In this document: positions 10,877 through 20,406 of the stretch, piece by piece
How the letters are laid out: each line of letters opens with the position of its first letter
Numbering within the stretch: position 1 is the first letter of the stretch
NCBI GenBank assembly: GCA_963762145.1
Contig: CAVXJS010000014.1
Span: 128,001 to 192,000, forward strand
DNA: 64,000 bases
From: an uncultured Candidatus Rokubacteria bacterium
Lineage (GTDB): Bacteria; Methylomirabilota; Methylomirabilia; Rokubacteriales; CSP1-6
Direction: 5' to 3'
Position numbers and translations under genes: made by a program
Notes under the pieces: model-generated
The model's database searches: none
What the model saw: the letters and a program-made list of their open reading frames with translations, nothing else
What the model was told of the DNA's origin: nothing

Positions 10877-13187
10877 CTAGTGCTTGCCGTTGACCAGGGC
10901 CAGCGCGATGCGCTCCGGGCTCATCGGCAGCTCGGTCAGGCGCGCCCCGGTCGCATTGTGGATGGCGTTCGCGATCGCGGCGGGTGCCGGGATGATGGGC
11001 GGCTCGCCCACGCCACGGGCGCCGAAGGGCCCGGCCGGCGCGGGGACCTCGACGATGATGGTCTCGAGATTGGGCAGGTCCGCCGCGGTCAGCTTGCGAT
11101 AGTCGAGCAGGCTGGGATTCGTGAGCCGCCCGCTGTCGTCGAACATGAGCCCTTCCGTCAGCGCGATGCCGATGGACTGCACGGCCCCGCCCTGCATCTG
11201 GCCCGCGACGCCCATCGGGTTGATGGCCTTGCCCACGTCCTGCACCACCACGAAGTCGAGCAGCGTCACCTCGCCGGTGTCCGGATCGAGCTCGAGCCGC
11301 GCGAGCTGGGCCGCGAAGCCGGGGGCCTGCTGGCTGAACGCGGGGTTGGCCTTGCCGAGCACCGGCGGCGTCTTCGACATGTAGAGGTTGCCCTTCTTGC
11401 CGATGGAGGCCAGCGTGATGCCCTTGTTCGGCGCGCCGCGCACCGTGACCTTGCCGTCCACCAGCTCGAGATCGTGGACCGAGGCCTCGAGCTCCGCCGC
11501 CGCGATCTCGAACGTCTGCCGCCGCGCATCCTCAGCCGCCTGCAAGCACCGCCGCCCCGACGGTATAGATGGTCTTGCTGCCCGCGCTGAGCCCGGTCAT
11601 CGGCGCCACGTCGGTGTCGCCGGTGGTGATGCGCACCAGATCGGTGTCCACGCCGTAGGCGGACGCGGCGATCTGGGCCAGCGAGATGTTGGTGCCCGCG
11701 ATGTCCACCTGGCCGGTGAGCACCGCGAGCGTGCCGTCGGGATTCAACCGGACCGTCGCGCCGGTGGGCTGGAGCCCGCCGAGCCAGCCGCCCAGCGCCA
11801 GGCCCACGCCGCGGCGCTTGCCGTTCTTGCCCTCGGTGATCCACTGCTTGCGGCTCTTCCAGTGCGGGTGCTCGGCGATGCGCGCGAGCACCTGCTTGGC
11901 CCCGTTGTTCTGCCAGGGCTGGCCGTTCACCATCGGATCGCCTTCCTGGATCAGGTGGCGCATCCGGAACTCGACGGAGTCGAGCTCGAGATCGCGGGCG
12001 ATCTGCTCCATGTGCGATTCGATCGCGAAGATGGTCTGCGGGGCCACCGGCGCGCGGTAGGCCGCCACGCTCGGCTTGTGGGTCAGCACCTCGAAGCCGC
12101 GGATGTCGAACGACGGCCACTTGTACATGCTGCCGAGGAAGACCGCGCTCACCGCGAGCACCGCGCCGGAGTAGGCGCCGGAGTCGATGACGGTCTCCGC
12201 GTCGAGGGCCATCAGCGTGCCGTCGCGCTTGACGCCGGTCTTGAGCTTGATGATGACCTGCGGCGCGGGCATGCCCGCCTGCAGCTCTTCCCGGCGCGTC
12301 ATGACGTAGCGCACCGGGCGCTTGGTGACCTGCGCCAGCACCGCGGTGATCGGCTCGCAGAGCGCGCGGATCTTGCCGCCGAAGCCGCCGCCGCACTCCA
12401 CCGGGATGACCCGGATCGAGTTCTCGGGGATGCCGAGCACGTCGGCCACCTCGGAGCGCGTGTTGAACGAGCCCTGGGTGCTGGCCCAGAGCGTGAGCAG
12501 CCCGTTGCGGTCCCACTCGGCCAGGACCGCGTGCGGCTCGAGGTAGCCCTGGTGCACCATCGGCACGCGATAGGTCTTCTCGAGGACGTGATCGGACTCG
12601 GCGAAGCCCTTGGCCGGATCGCCGCGCTGCAGCCGCGCCTGCTGCGAGATGTTGACCGCCTTCGCCGGCGTGTCGCTCTTGGCGATGGCCACCGCGGAGT
12701 GGGCGAGCGCCTCGCTGGTGTCGGCCTCGGTGCCCGCGTCGGCGACCGGCGGCGCGCCGGGCAGCATGGCCTTGAGCGGATCGATCGAGGCGGCCAGCAC
12801 CTGGTACTCGACCTTGATGAGGTCGAGGGCCTCCTCGGCGATGGACGGCTCGTCGGCGGCCACCGCGGCCACCGGCTGGCCCATGAACACCACGCGGTCG
12901 ATGGCCAGCACGGCGTGGGCGCGCGTCGGCGCCTTCTTCTTCAGGTGCGGGATGTCCTTGGCGGTGATGACCGCGCGCACGCCGGGCAGCGCCTTCGCCG
13001 CGCTGGTGTCGATCGAGACGATCTTGGCGTGGGCGTGCGGGCTGCGCAGCAGCTTGGCGTGCAGCAGGCCCTTGGGCTGGATGTCGGCCACGTACTGCAC
13101 GCGGCCGGTGACCTTCTCGGGCCCGTCCGGCCGCGGAATCGAGATGCCCACTCCCTTGACGTCGCGCGTGGTCTTCATCGTGCTCAT
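10877..13187 (-). CDS. Xanthine dehydrogenase/CoxL-family molybdopterin-binding subunit; frameshift near 11545
   Basis: KVTGR..Y..DI, LRSPHAHAKI, HQGYLEPH, GGGFGGK, DTD, GQMQGGAVQSIG, GARGVGEPP. Confidence 0.88.
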
Positions 13188-13677
13188 CGAGCGCTCCCTC
13201 TGCGAGGCGAGGGTCTTGGCCGCCTCGCTGATCGCGGCCACCATGGCGGTGTAGCCGGTGCAGCGGCAGAGATTGCCGGCGATGCCGTAGCGAATCTGCT
13301 CCTCGGAGGGCCGCGGGTTCTCCTCGAGCAGCGCGGTCGCGGCCATGAGCACGCCCGGGAATGCAGAAGCCGCACTGGGGCACGCCGTGCCGCACGAACG
13401 CTTCCTGCAGCGGGTGCAGGGTCGTATCCGCGGCCGCGAGGCCCTCGATGGTGCGGACCTTCCGGCCGCGGGCCTGCATGGCCAGCATCAGGCAGCTCGC
13501 GACGACCTTGCCGTCCACGTGGACGGTGCAGGCGCCGCAGTCGCCGGTGCCGCAGCCTTCCTTGGGGCCGGTGAGGCCCAGGTTCTCGCGCAGGGCATCG
13601 AGGAGGTTGACGTAGGGCTGGACGAGCACCTCGACGGCCTCGCCGTTCACGGTGCAGCTCAGGAGCTGTTTGGCCAC
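13184..13677 (-). CDS. 2Fe-2S small subunit, CoxS/XdhC-like; frameshift near 13355, 3' end uncertain
   Basis: GPKEGCGTGDCGACTV, QCGFCIPG, GNLCRCTGY. Confidence 0.85.
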
Positions 13678-13694
13678 GGTGATGTGCCTCCGGA

Positions 13695-14557
13695 TCAGGC
13701 GTTCGCGCGCTGGAGCGCGGCGGTGAGCGTGCGGCGGGTGAGGACGCGGACCAGGTGCTTGCGGAACTCGATCGAGCCGCGCTGATCGTCGATGGGCTTG
13801 GCCGCCTCGATCGCCAGGGTGGCCGCGCGCTCGATGGCCTCGGGCGTCACCGCCTGGCCCTCGAGCGCCCGCTCCGCCGCGGTCGCGCGGACCGGCGTGG
13901 GCGCCACCGAGGCCAGCGCGATGCGCGCCTTGGTGCAGCGGCCGCCGGCCATCGTGAGCTGGGACGCCACCCCGACCACCGCGATGTCGAGCTCGCGCCG
14001 CGGCGTGTGCCGGAGGTACTGGCCGCCGCTGTGCGCGCCCGGCGGCGGCACGATCAGCTCGACCAGCAGCTCGTTCGGCGCGACGCACCGTCTTGCGCAC
14101 CCCGGTGAAGAAATCGGCCATCGGCACCCGCCGCTCGCCGCCGGGGCCCGCGATGACCGCGAGGGCCTCCAGCGCCACCAGCGGCGGCGCCATGTCGGCC
14201 GAGGGCGCCGCGTTGCAGAGGTTGCCGCCCACCGTGGCCAGGTTGCGCACCTGCAGCGAGCCGACCATGGCCGCGCTCTCCGCGATCGCCGCGATACGGC
14301 CCGCCCAGCGCCGGGCTCAGCTCGAGCTCGCGCGCGGTGACCGCGGCGCCGATGCGCAGGCCGTTGCCGTTCTGGACCTGCCGAACCCGGGCGATGCCGG
14401 AAAGGTCCACCACCACGGCGGGATGCAGGACCCCGTTCTTCATCTGGGGCAGGAGGTCGGTGCCTCCCGCGACCAGCTTGGCCTGCGCTCCTCGCTCGGC
14501 GAGGATCTTCAGGCAGTCTTCGAGGCTGTTCGGCAGAACGAGATCGAATCGTCGCAT
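13695..14557 (-). CDS. FAD-binding medium subunit, CoxM-like; frameshifts near 14295 and 14085
   Basis: AGGTDLLPQMK, QVRNLATVGGNLCNAAPSAD, PIDDQRGSIEFR; RBS CAGGAG. Confidence 0.85.
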
Positions 14558-14656
14558 CGATGTCTCCTGGGGGTTGGGCGCGCGCTGGCCATGATACACC
14601 GAGTCGCGATGAGCCGGAGGCGAGTCTACCACGTTGACTATGCTCCACTGAGCCTG

Positions 14657-14675
14657 TATGCTCCCGGTCGCATAG
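14657..14675 (+). promoter_or_regulatory. Candidate operator TATGCTCC-N6-CATAG, copy 2, between divergent coxM-like gene and tupA
   Basis: Dyad TATG-N10-CATA; an extra half-site TATGCTCC at 14639-14646. Confidence 0.45.
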
Positions 14676-14691
14676 AGCATTGAGATCACTC

Positions 14692-15538
14692 ATGATGATC
14701 AATCGACTCGCGGTGGTGTTGTCGATGCTGCTGGCTGGCCTGCTCCCGTCCACTCCGGGGCCGGGGGCCGCCGCAGTCGAGCATCGTCATCGTATCCACC
14801 ACCACCAGCACCCAGGACTCGGGGCTGCTCGACGTGCTGGTGCCCATGTTCGAGAAGCAGACCGGGCTGACCGTGAAGACCATCTCGGTCGGTACCGGCC
14901 AGGCCCTGGCCCTGGCGGCCCGCGGCGAGGCCGACGTCACGCTCGCGCACGCGCCCGGCCTCGAGAAAAAGTACGTGGACGAGGGCAAGATGACCAACCG
15001 GCGCCTCGTCATGTACAACGATTTCATCGTCATCGGCCCGCCCGACGATCCGGCGAAGATCAAGGGGTTGCCGAAGGCGCTAGACGCGCTCAAGCGTATC
15101 GCGGAGAGCCAGTCGCGCTTCGTCTCGCGCGGCGACAAGTCGGGGACTCACACCCTCGAGCTGGCGCTCTGGAAGCAGGCCGGTATCGAGCCGAAGGGCG
15201 CCTGGTACATCGAGTCCGGGCAGGGCATGGGGCAGACTCTCGGCATCGCCAACGACCGGCGGGCCTACGCGCTGACCGACCGGGCCACGTTCCTCGCGTT
15301 CCAGAAGCGGGTGGACCTGCCGATCCTCGTCGAGAAGGACCGGCCGCTGCTCAACATCTACTCGGTGATGGAAGTGAACCCGGCCAACGGCCCGCGCGTC
15401 AATCCCAGGGGCGGCAAGGCATTCGCGGACTTCATGCTGGCGCCCGAGACGCAGGCGGTGATCAAGAGCTTCGGCGTGGAGAAGTACGGCCAGCCGCTCT
15501 TCGTCCCGGTGGCCGGCAAGAAGGACGAGGACCTCTAG
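14692..15538 (+). CDS. tupA: Tungstate ABC transporter substrate-binding protein; frameshift near 14765
   Basis: STTTSTQDSGLLD, VGTGQAL, MYNDF, FVSRGDKSGTH..E, GQGMG motifs; signal peptide lies in another frame. Confidence 0.88.
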
Positions 15539-15555
15539 CCGCCCGAGCGACCACG

Positions 15556-16252
15556 GTGGGGCTCTTCGGGCAAGGCGTCCTCGAAGCGTTCCGCCTGCTG
15601 CTGGCGGGTGACGCGGAAGTCTGGCAGATCACCTGGCTCTCGCTGCAGGTCTCGGCGAGCGCCACCGCGCTCTCGCTGCTGGTCGGCATCCCGCTCGGCG
15701 CGCTGCTCGCGCTCGCGCGCTTCCCCGGCCGGGCGCTCGCGGTCAGCCTGGTGAACACCGGCATGGGGCTTCCGCCGGTCGTGGTGGGCCTGTTCGTGAC
15801 GATTCTCCTCTGGCGCAACGGCGCGCTCGGCTTCCTCGAGCTGCTGCTACACGCCGTCGGCGATGGTGGTGGGCCAGTTCGTGATCGCGGCGCCCATCGT
15901 TACCGGGCTCACCCTGGCCGCGGTGCAGCAGGTCCCGGAGACCTTCCGACTGCAGATGCTGGGGCTCGGGGCCTCGCGCGCGCAGATGTTCTGGGTGCTG
16001 CTCAAGGAAGCGCGCCTGCCGATGCTGGCCGCGGTGATGGCAGGATTCGGTGGCGTGATCTCCGAGGTAGGCGCCTCCATGATGCTGGGCGGCAATATCC
16101 GAGGCTCGACCCGCGTGCTCACCACCGCCACCGTGCTCGAGACGGGCAAGGGCAACTTCGACCTCGCCATCGCCCTGTCGGTGATCCTGCTGCTGATCAC
16201 CTTCCTGGTGAACTGGGCGCTGAGTTTCATCCAGCAGCGCCGGCCCGCCTGA
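15556..16252 (+). CDS. tupB: Tungstate ABC transporter permease; frameshift near 15845
   Basis: NTGMGLPPVVVGL, ISEVGASMMLGGNIRG.TRVLTTA..LET.KG.F. Confidence 0.88.
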
Positions 16253-16325
16253 CGGCGGCCCACGGTCGAGCAGGTACCGCCAAACCGTTTGATCGGCCGG
16301 TTCTCTTGCCGTCAGAATCGCGCCG

Positions 16326-17129
16326 ATGCGGAAGCGCTCGGCGGCGGTGGCGGCGGTTGCCGGCGCTGGGGTTGGAGTCCTGGGCGGCCTGATCGGTCTT
16401 GGGGGCGCGGAGTTCCGGCTCCCGCTTCTGATCGGGTACTTCTCGAATCCACTCCGGCGGGCTATTGGGCTGAACCTTGGCATGAGCTTGGTCACGGTGA
16501 TGGCCGCGCTCGCCGGGCGGCTCGCCACGGGCTCGGCGGCACCGGCGGCGCCTCTTCACGTCATCGTGGCCCTGATAGGTGGAGGCGTGGCCGGAGCCTA
16601 CATCGGCGCGTCATGGTTGGTCGGCGCGTCCAGTCGCGCCCTCTGGCGGGCGGTTCGTGGGCTACTGGCGGTTATCGGCGCGTTATTGCTCATCGAGGCC
16701 TTCGTGCCTTGGGGATCGGACGGCCTGGTCACTGGTTCGATTGCCCAGGCAACGGTGGGCGTGGTAGCGGGAGTATTGATTGGCGTCGTCAGCAGCCTGC
16801 TTGGCGTCGCTGGCGGGGAGCTCATTGTTCCGACCCTGGTGTTCGGGTTCGGGATTGACATCAAGGCGGCGGGGACGGCCAGCTTGATGATCAGCGTTCC
16901 CACCGTCTTGATGGGCTTGTGGCGTCAGGTATCGTCAGGTCTGCGACCGACCGCCGAGGAGTTCACGCGAATCGTCGTGCCGATGAGCGCGGGCTCGGTC
17001 GTCGGGGCGGTAGTCGGGGCCATGCTGATCGTATTCGTTCCGGGAGGATCCCTGAAGGTGGTGCTTGGATTGGTGCTCATCTGGTCGGCGGCTCGCCTCC
17101 GAGGCCTTGCCCTTGACGCCAAGGGATGA
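16326..17129 (+). CDS. TauE/SafE (TSUP) sulfite exporter family membrane protein
   Basis: GGLIGLGGAEFRLPLL and SSLLGVAGGELIVPTL repeats; multiple hydrophobic segments. Confidence 0.85.
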   Translation: MRKRSAAVAAVAGAGVGVLGGLIGLGGAEFRLPLLIGYFSNPLRRAIGLNLGMSLVTVMAALAGRLATGSAAPAAPLHVIVALIGGGVAGAYIGASWLVGASSRALWRAVRGLLAVIGALLLIEAFVPWGSDGLVTGSIAQATVGVVAGVLIGVVSSLLGVAGGELIVPTLVFGFGIDIKAAGTASLMISVPTVLMGLWRQVSSGLRPTAEEFTRIVVPMSAGSVVGAVVGAMLIVFVPGGSLKVVLGLVLIWSAARLRGLALDAKG

Positions 17130-17163
17130 CATGAGGGGAGTCGACGAAAGGCGCGGCTCGGGC

Positions 17164-17679
17164 TCAGCGAGTTCCTCGCCGAGTCTTCCGCGTCGGCTGC
17201 TGGGTGCCCATCCTTCGGCCGACGCCCTGCCCGCGCGCGGCCACTTCCGCGCAGGTGGGACCGCTTGGGCCGAGCGCATCGTCGATCCGATCACGCAAGG
17301 CGCGCAGCCGCTCGAGGAGAAGAAGACCCGTCTCGGTCAGCTCCATGCCCCGGGCGGAGCCGCGTCCCGGCCGACTTCGAACGACGGGAGTCTTGAGGGC
17401 GGTTTCTGCTCGCCGCAGATAGCCCCACGCGTGTCGATAGGACCAGCCGATCTCCCGGACCGCCTGCGCGAGTGAGCCATGCTGAACGATGCCTCGCAGC
17501 AGATGAAGGCCGCCGTCCCCCATCATGAATTCACCGCCCAGCTCGAGCCAGACCTTCGTCTTGACCTGGGCCGCGATTATGCTTTCGTGAGCACTTTGAA
17601 GAGCCGCATCGCGCTCGGTAGCATGGGACGTGGGCGCTGAAGTGACGATGCTCGGTTTTCTCGGCCGTCCGGTTCGCAT
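17164..17679 (-). CDS. Second ModE-like winged-helix regulator
   Basis: KTKVWLE..GEF.MGDGG..LL..I...GSL..A..EIGWSYRHAWGYL. Confidence 0.78.
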   Translation of the reverse strand: MRTGRPRKPSIVTSAPTSHATERDAALQSAHESIIAAQVKTKVWLELGGEFMMGDGGLHLLRGIVQHGSLAQAVREIGWSYRHAWGYLRRAETALKTPVVRSRPGRGSARGMELTETGLLLLERLRALRDRIDDALGPSGPTCAEVAARGQGVGRRMGTQQPTRKTRRGTR

Positions 17680-17728
17680 GGCGGTTCACAGTATCACGTT
17701 CCGAGCACGCACTCAGGAGGCAAGGGTC

Positions 17729-18505
17729 ATGTATCTCATCCGGTGTGTTGCGATTGCCTTGGCGCTGGTCGTACTGGGCTCGGCCGAGGTTGGCGCACAG
17801 GAGATCACCCTGTCGGTGGCGGTTAGTCTCAAGGATGCCGTGGAAGAGCTAGGACGCGGCTTCATGGCCGTCCGTCCGGGTGTGAGGCTCCGCTACAACT
17901 TCGGCGCGTCCGGCGATCTGCAGAAGCAGATCGAGGCGGGCGCACCGATCGACCTCTTTCTCTCGGCCGCGCAACGGCAGATGGACGAGCTAGAGAAGCA
18001 GAACCTGATTATCCCGGCCAGCCGGCGGGCCTTCGCCCGCAACGCGCTCGTCGTGATCAAGCCGGCCGACTCGCGTGTGGACATCACCAAGCCCGCGGAT
18101 CTGCTTGATCCGAGGGTGGCCCGCATCGTCATCGGCAATCCCAAGTCGGTGCCCGCCGGGCAGTACGCCGAGGAGAGTCTACGCACGCTGGGTCTGTGGG
18201 ATCGCCTGCAGCCGAAGCTCATCTTCTCCGAGAACGTCCGCCAGGCGCTCGACTACGTGGCGCGCGGAGAGGTCGACGCCGGATTCGTCTACACGACGGA
18301 CGTCGCGGCGCGTGCCCAGGGGGTGAAAGAAGCGTTCCGCCCGCCCGACGACAGTTGTCGACCCGTGACCTATCCGGGCGCGGTCGTGGCGGCATCCAAA
18401 CAAGCGGCGCTGGCGCGGACTTTCCTCGACCTTCTGGGCGGCGCCGAAGGTCGCGCTGTGTTGGGCCGCTTCGGCTTCCAGCCGCCGCCGGCCGGGGCGC
18501 GCTGA
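17729..18505 (+). CDS. modA: Molybdate ABC transporter substrate-binding protein
   Basis: SLKDA, NFGASGDLQKQIEAGAP.D.F.SA, GNPKSVPAGQYA, NVRQALDYV..GEVDAGFVY.TD; RBS CAGGAGG. Confidence 0.93.
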   Translation: MYLIRCVAIALALVVLGSAEVGAQEITLSVAVSLKDAVEELGRGFMAVRPGVRLRYNFGASGDLQKQIEAGAPIDLFLSAAQRQMDELEKQNLIIPASRRAFARNALVVIKPADSRVDITKPADLLDPRVARIVIGNPKSVPAGQYAEESLRTLGLWDRLQPKLIFSENVRQALDYVARGEVDAGFVYTTDVAARAQGVKEAFRPPDDSCRPVTYPGAVVAASKQAALARTFLDLLGGAEGRAVLGRFGFQPPPAGAR

Positions 18506-18613
18506 TCGCGGGGCGCGCGACCTGAGCGCCGGGTCGGCGGTCGCTCGGGTCCTCCGATGGGTCAGAGGCTCGCCCGGTCGTGGCATACTACACGGGCACC
18601 AAGGATCCCCATC

Positions 18614-19279
18614 GTGAGCCCGGACAGCATCTCCGCCCTCCGGCTGTCGCTGCAGGTGGCGGTGGCGGCCACGGCGCTCAATGCGCTCGTCGGCATTCCC
18701 ATCGCCTATGCGCTCGCCCGCCGCCGCTTCTGGGGCAAGGGCGTCGTGGACCTGCTGGTGACGCTGCCGCTGGTCCTGCCGCCCACCGTCGTCGGCTACT
18801 ACCTGATCGTGCTGCTCGGCCGGCGCGGCGTGCTCGGCGCGCCGCTGTACGAGCTGACCGGCTGGACGGTGGCCTTCACCTGGTACGCGGCGGTGATCGC
18901 GGCCACCGTGATGGCGCTGCCGCTGCTGGTGCGCACCGTGCGCGCGGCCATCGAGTCGGTGGACCGGGACCTGGAGCGCGCGGCCTACACCCTCGGCCGC
19001 TCCGAGCTGCGCACCGTGCTCGAGGTCACGCTGCCCCTGGCCCGCAACGGGATCCTGGCCGGGCTCGTGCTCGCCTTCGCTCGCGCGCTCGGTGAGTTCG
19101 GCGCCACCCTGATGCTCGCGGGCAACATCCCGGGTCGGACCCAGACCGTGCCGCTCTCCATCTACACCGCGGTGCAGACCGGCGAGAGCGGGGAGGCGCT
19201 CGGGCTGGTGGCGGTGCTCACCGCGCTCTCCTGCCTCGTGCTCATCGCGGCCAATCGCCTGGGCGCGCGCGCGGCATGA
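18614..19279 (+). CDS. modB: Molybdate ABC transporter permease
   Basis: LPLVLPPTVVGYYL, AFARALGEFGATLMLAGNIPGRTQT. Confidence 0.93.
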   Translation: MSPDSISALRLSLQVAVAATALNALVGIPIAYALARRRFWGKGVVDLLVTLPLVLPPTVVGYYLIVLLGRRGVLGAPLYELTGWTVAFTWYAAVIAATVMALPLLVRTVRAAIESVDRDLERAAYTLGRSELRTVLEVTLPLARNGILAGLVLAFARALGEFGATLMLAGNIPGRTQTVPLSIYTAVQTGESGEALGLVAVLTALSCLVLIAANRLGARAA

Positions 19280-20406
19280 CGAATCGGCTCGAGGTCGCGG
19301 TCCGCAAGTCGCTGCCCGGCTTCACGCTCGACGTCGAGTGGAGCGCGGGAGACGGCGTCGCCGCGCTCTTCGGGCCGTCGGGGGCGGGCAAGACCCTCAC
19401 CCTGCAGTGCCTGGCCGGCCTCGTGCGCCCGGACGCGGGTCGCATCGTGGTGGACGGCCACGTGCTCTTCGACGCGGCGGCCGGCATCGACGTGTCGCCC
19501 CAGCGGCGGCGCGTCGGCTACGTGTTCCAGGGCTACGCGCTGTTCCCGCACCTGACGGTACGCGGCAACGTGGGCTTCGGCCTCCGCGATCGCGGGAGGG
19601 CCGAGCGGCGCCGGCGGGAGGACGAAGTGCTGGCCCGTCTCGGCCTCGAGGCGTTCGCGGAGCGCTACCCGCGCGAGCTCTCCGGCGGCCAGCGCCAGCG
19701 GGTGGCCCTCGGTCGCGCGCTCGCCACCGATCCGGCGCTGCTCCTGCTGGACGAGCCCCTCTCCGCGCTCGACCTGCCGCTGCGGCAGGCCCTGCGCGAC
19801 GAGCTCCGCAGCATCCTCACCGGCTGGGGGATCGCGGCGGTGCTGGTCACGCACGACCTCACCGAGGCCTACCGGCTGGGCGATCGCATCGTGGTGTACG
19901 AAGAAGGGCGCGTCATCCAGGCGGCGCCGCGCGCCGAGCTGCTGTCGCAACCCTCGTCGCGCAGCGTGGCGCGCATCATGGGGATCCGGAACCTGGTGCA
20001 GGGGGTCACGCTCAAGGCCACGAGCGATCGTATCCAGTTCCGCTGGCGAGGCCAGGTCCTGGAGGCGGTGAACTCGCCGACCCGATCCTACCTGCCCGCG
20101 CCGGATAGTCCGCTCGCGTTCTTCATCCGGCCGGAGTACGTCCGGCTGATCCGGAAGGACCGGACCGGCGTGGACGGTTCCCACCATATGAACCTGATGG
20201 TCGGCACCGTCGTGCGCGAGGTGGACCTGGGCGCCTCGTGGACGCTCTTCATCCGGCTCGACGAGCCCGGCGCCCCCGCGCAGGGGGACTACGACCTCGA
20301 GCTCGAGGTGCCGCGGCTCGTGTACGAGATCCTCGAGATCGATCGCGATCGGCACTGGCAGTTCTCCCTGCACCGCGGCGCGATCCACGTGCTCCCCTCG
20401 TCCTGA
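19276..20406 (+). CDS. modC: Molybdate ABC transporter ATP-binding protein
   Basis: GPSGAGKT, VGYVFQ.YALFPHLTV, LSGGQRQR, LLLDEP; ATGA coupling to modB. Confidence 0.88.
   Translation: MTNRLEVAVRKSLPGFTLDVEWSAGDGVAALFGPSGAGKTLTLQCLAGLVRPDAGRIVVDGHVLFDAAAGIDVSPQRRRVGYVFQGYALFPHLTVRGNVGFGLRDRGRAERRRREDEVLARLGLEAFAERYPRELSGGQRQRVALGRALATDPALLLLDEPLSALDLPLRQALRDELRSILTGWGIAAVLVTHDLTEAYRLGDRIVVYEEGRVIQAAPRAELLSQPSSRSVARIMGIRNLVQGVTLKATSDRIQFRWRGQVLEAVNSPTRSYLPAPDSPLAFFIRPEYVRLIRKDRTGVDGSHHMNLMVGTVVREVDLGASWTLFIRLDEPGAPAQGDYDLELEVPRLVYEILEIDRDRHWQFSLHRGAIHVLPSS

Noticed and set aside
10877-14557. Aerobic CO dehydrogenase assignment
   Set aside because: The active-site loop lacks CSFR and GAGR, and no coxDEFG accessory genes are present.
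15542-18549. 11-bp inverted match CCCGAGCGACC / GGTCGCTCGGG as ends of an inserted element
   Set aside because: Too short and GC-rich to exceed chance, and it does not match the compositional boundaries.
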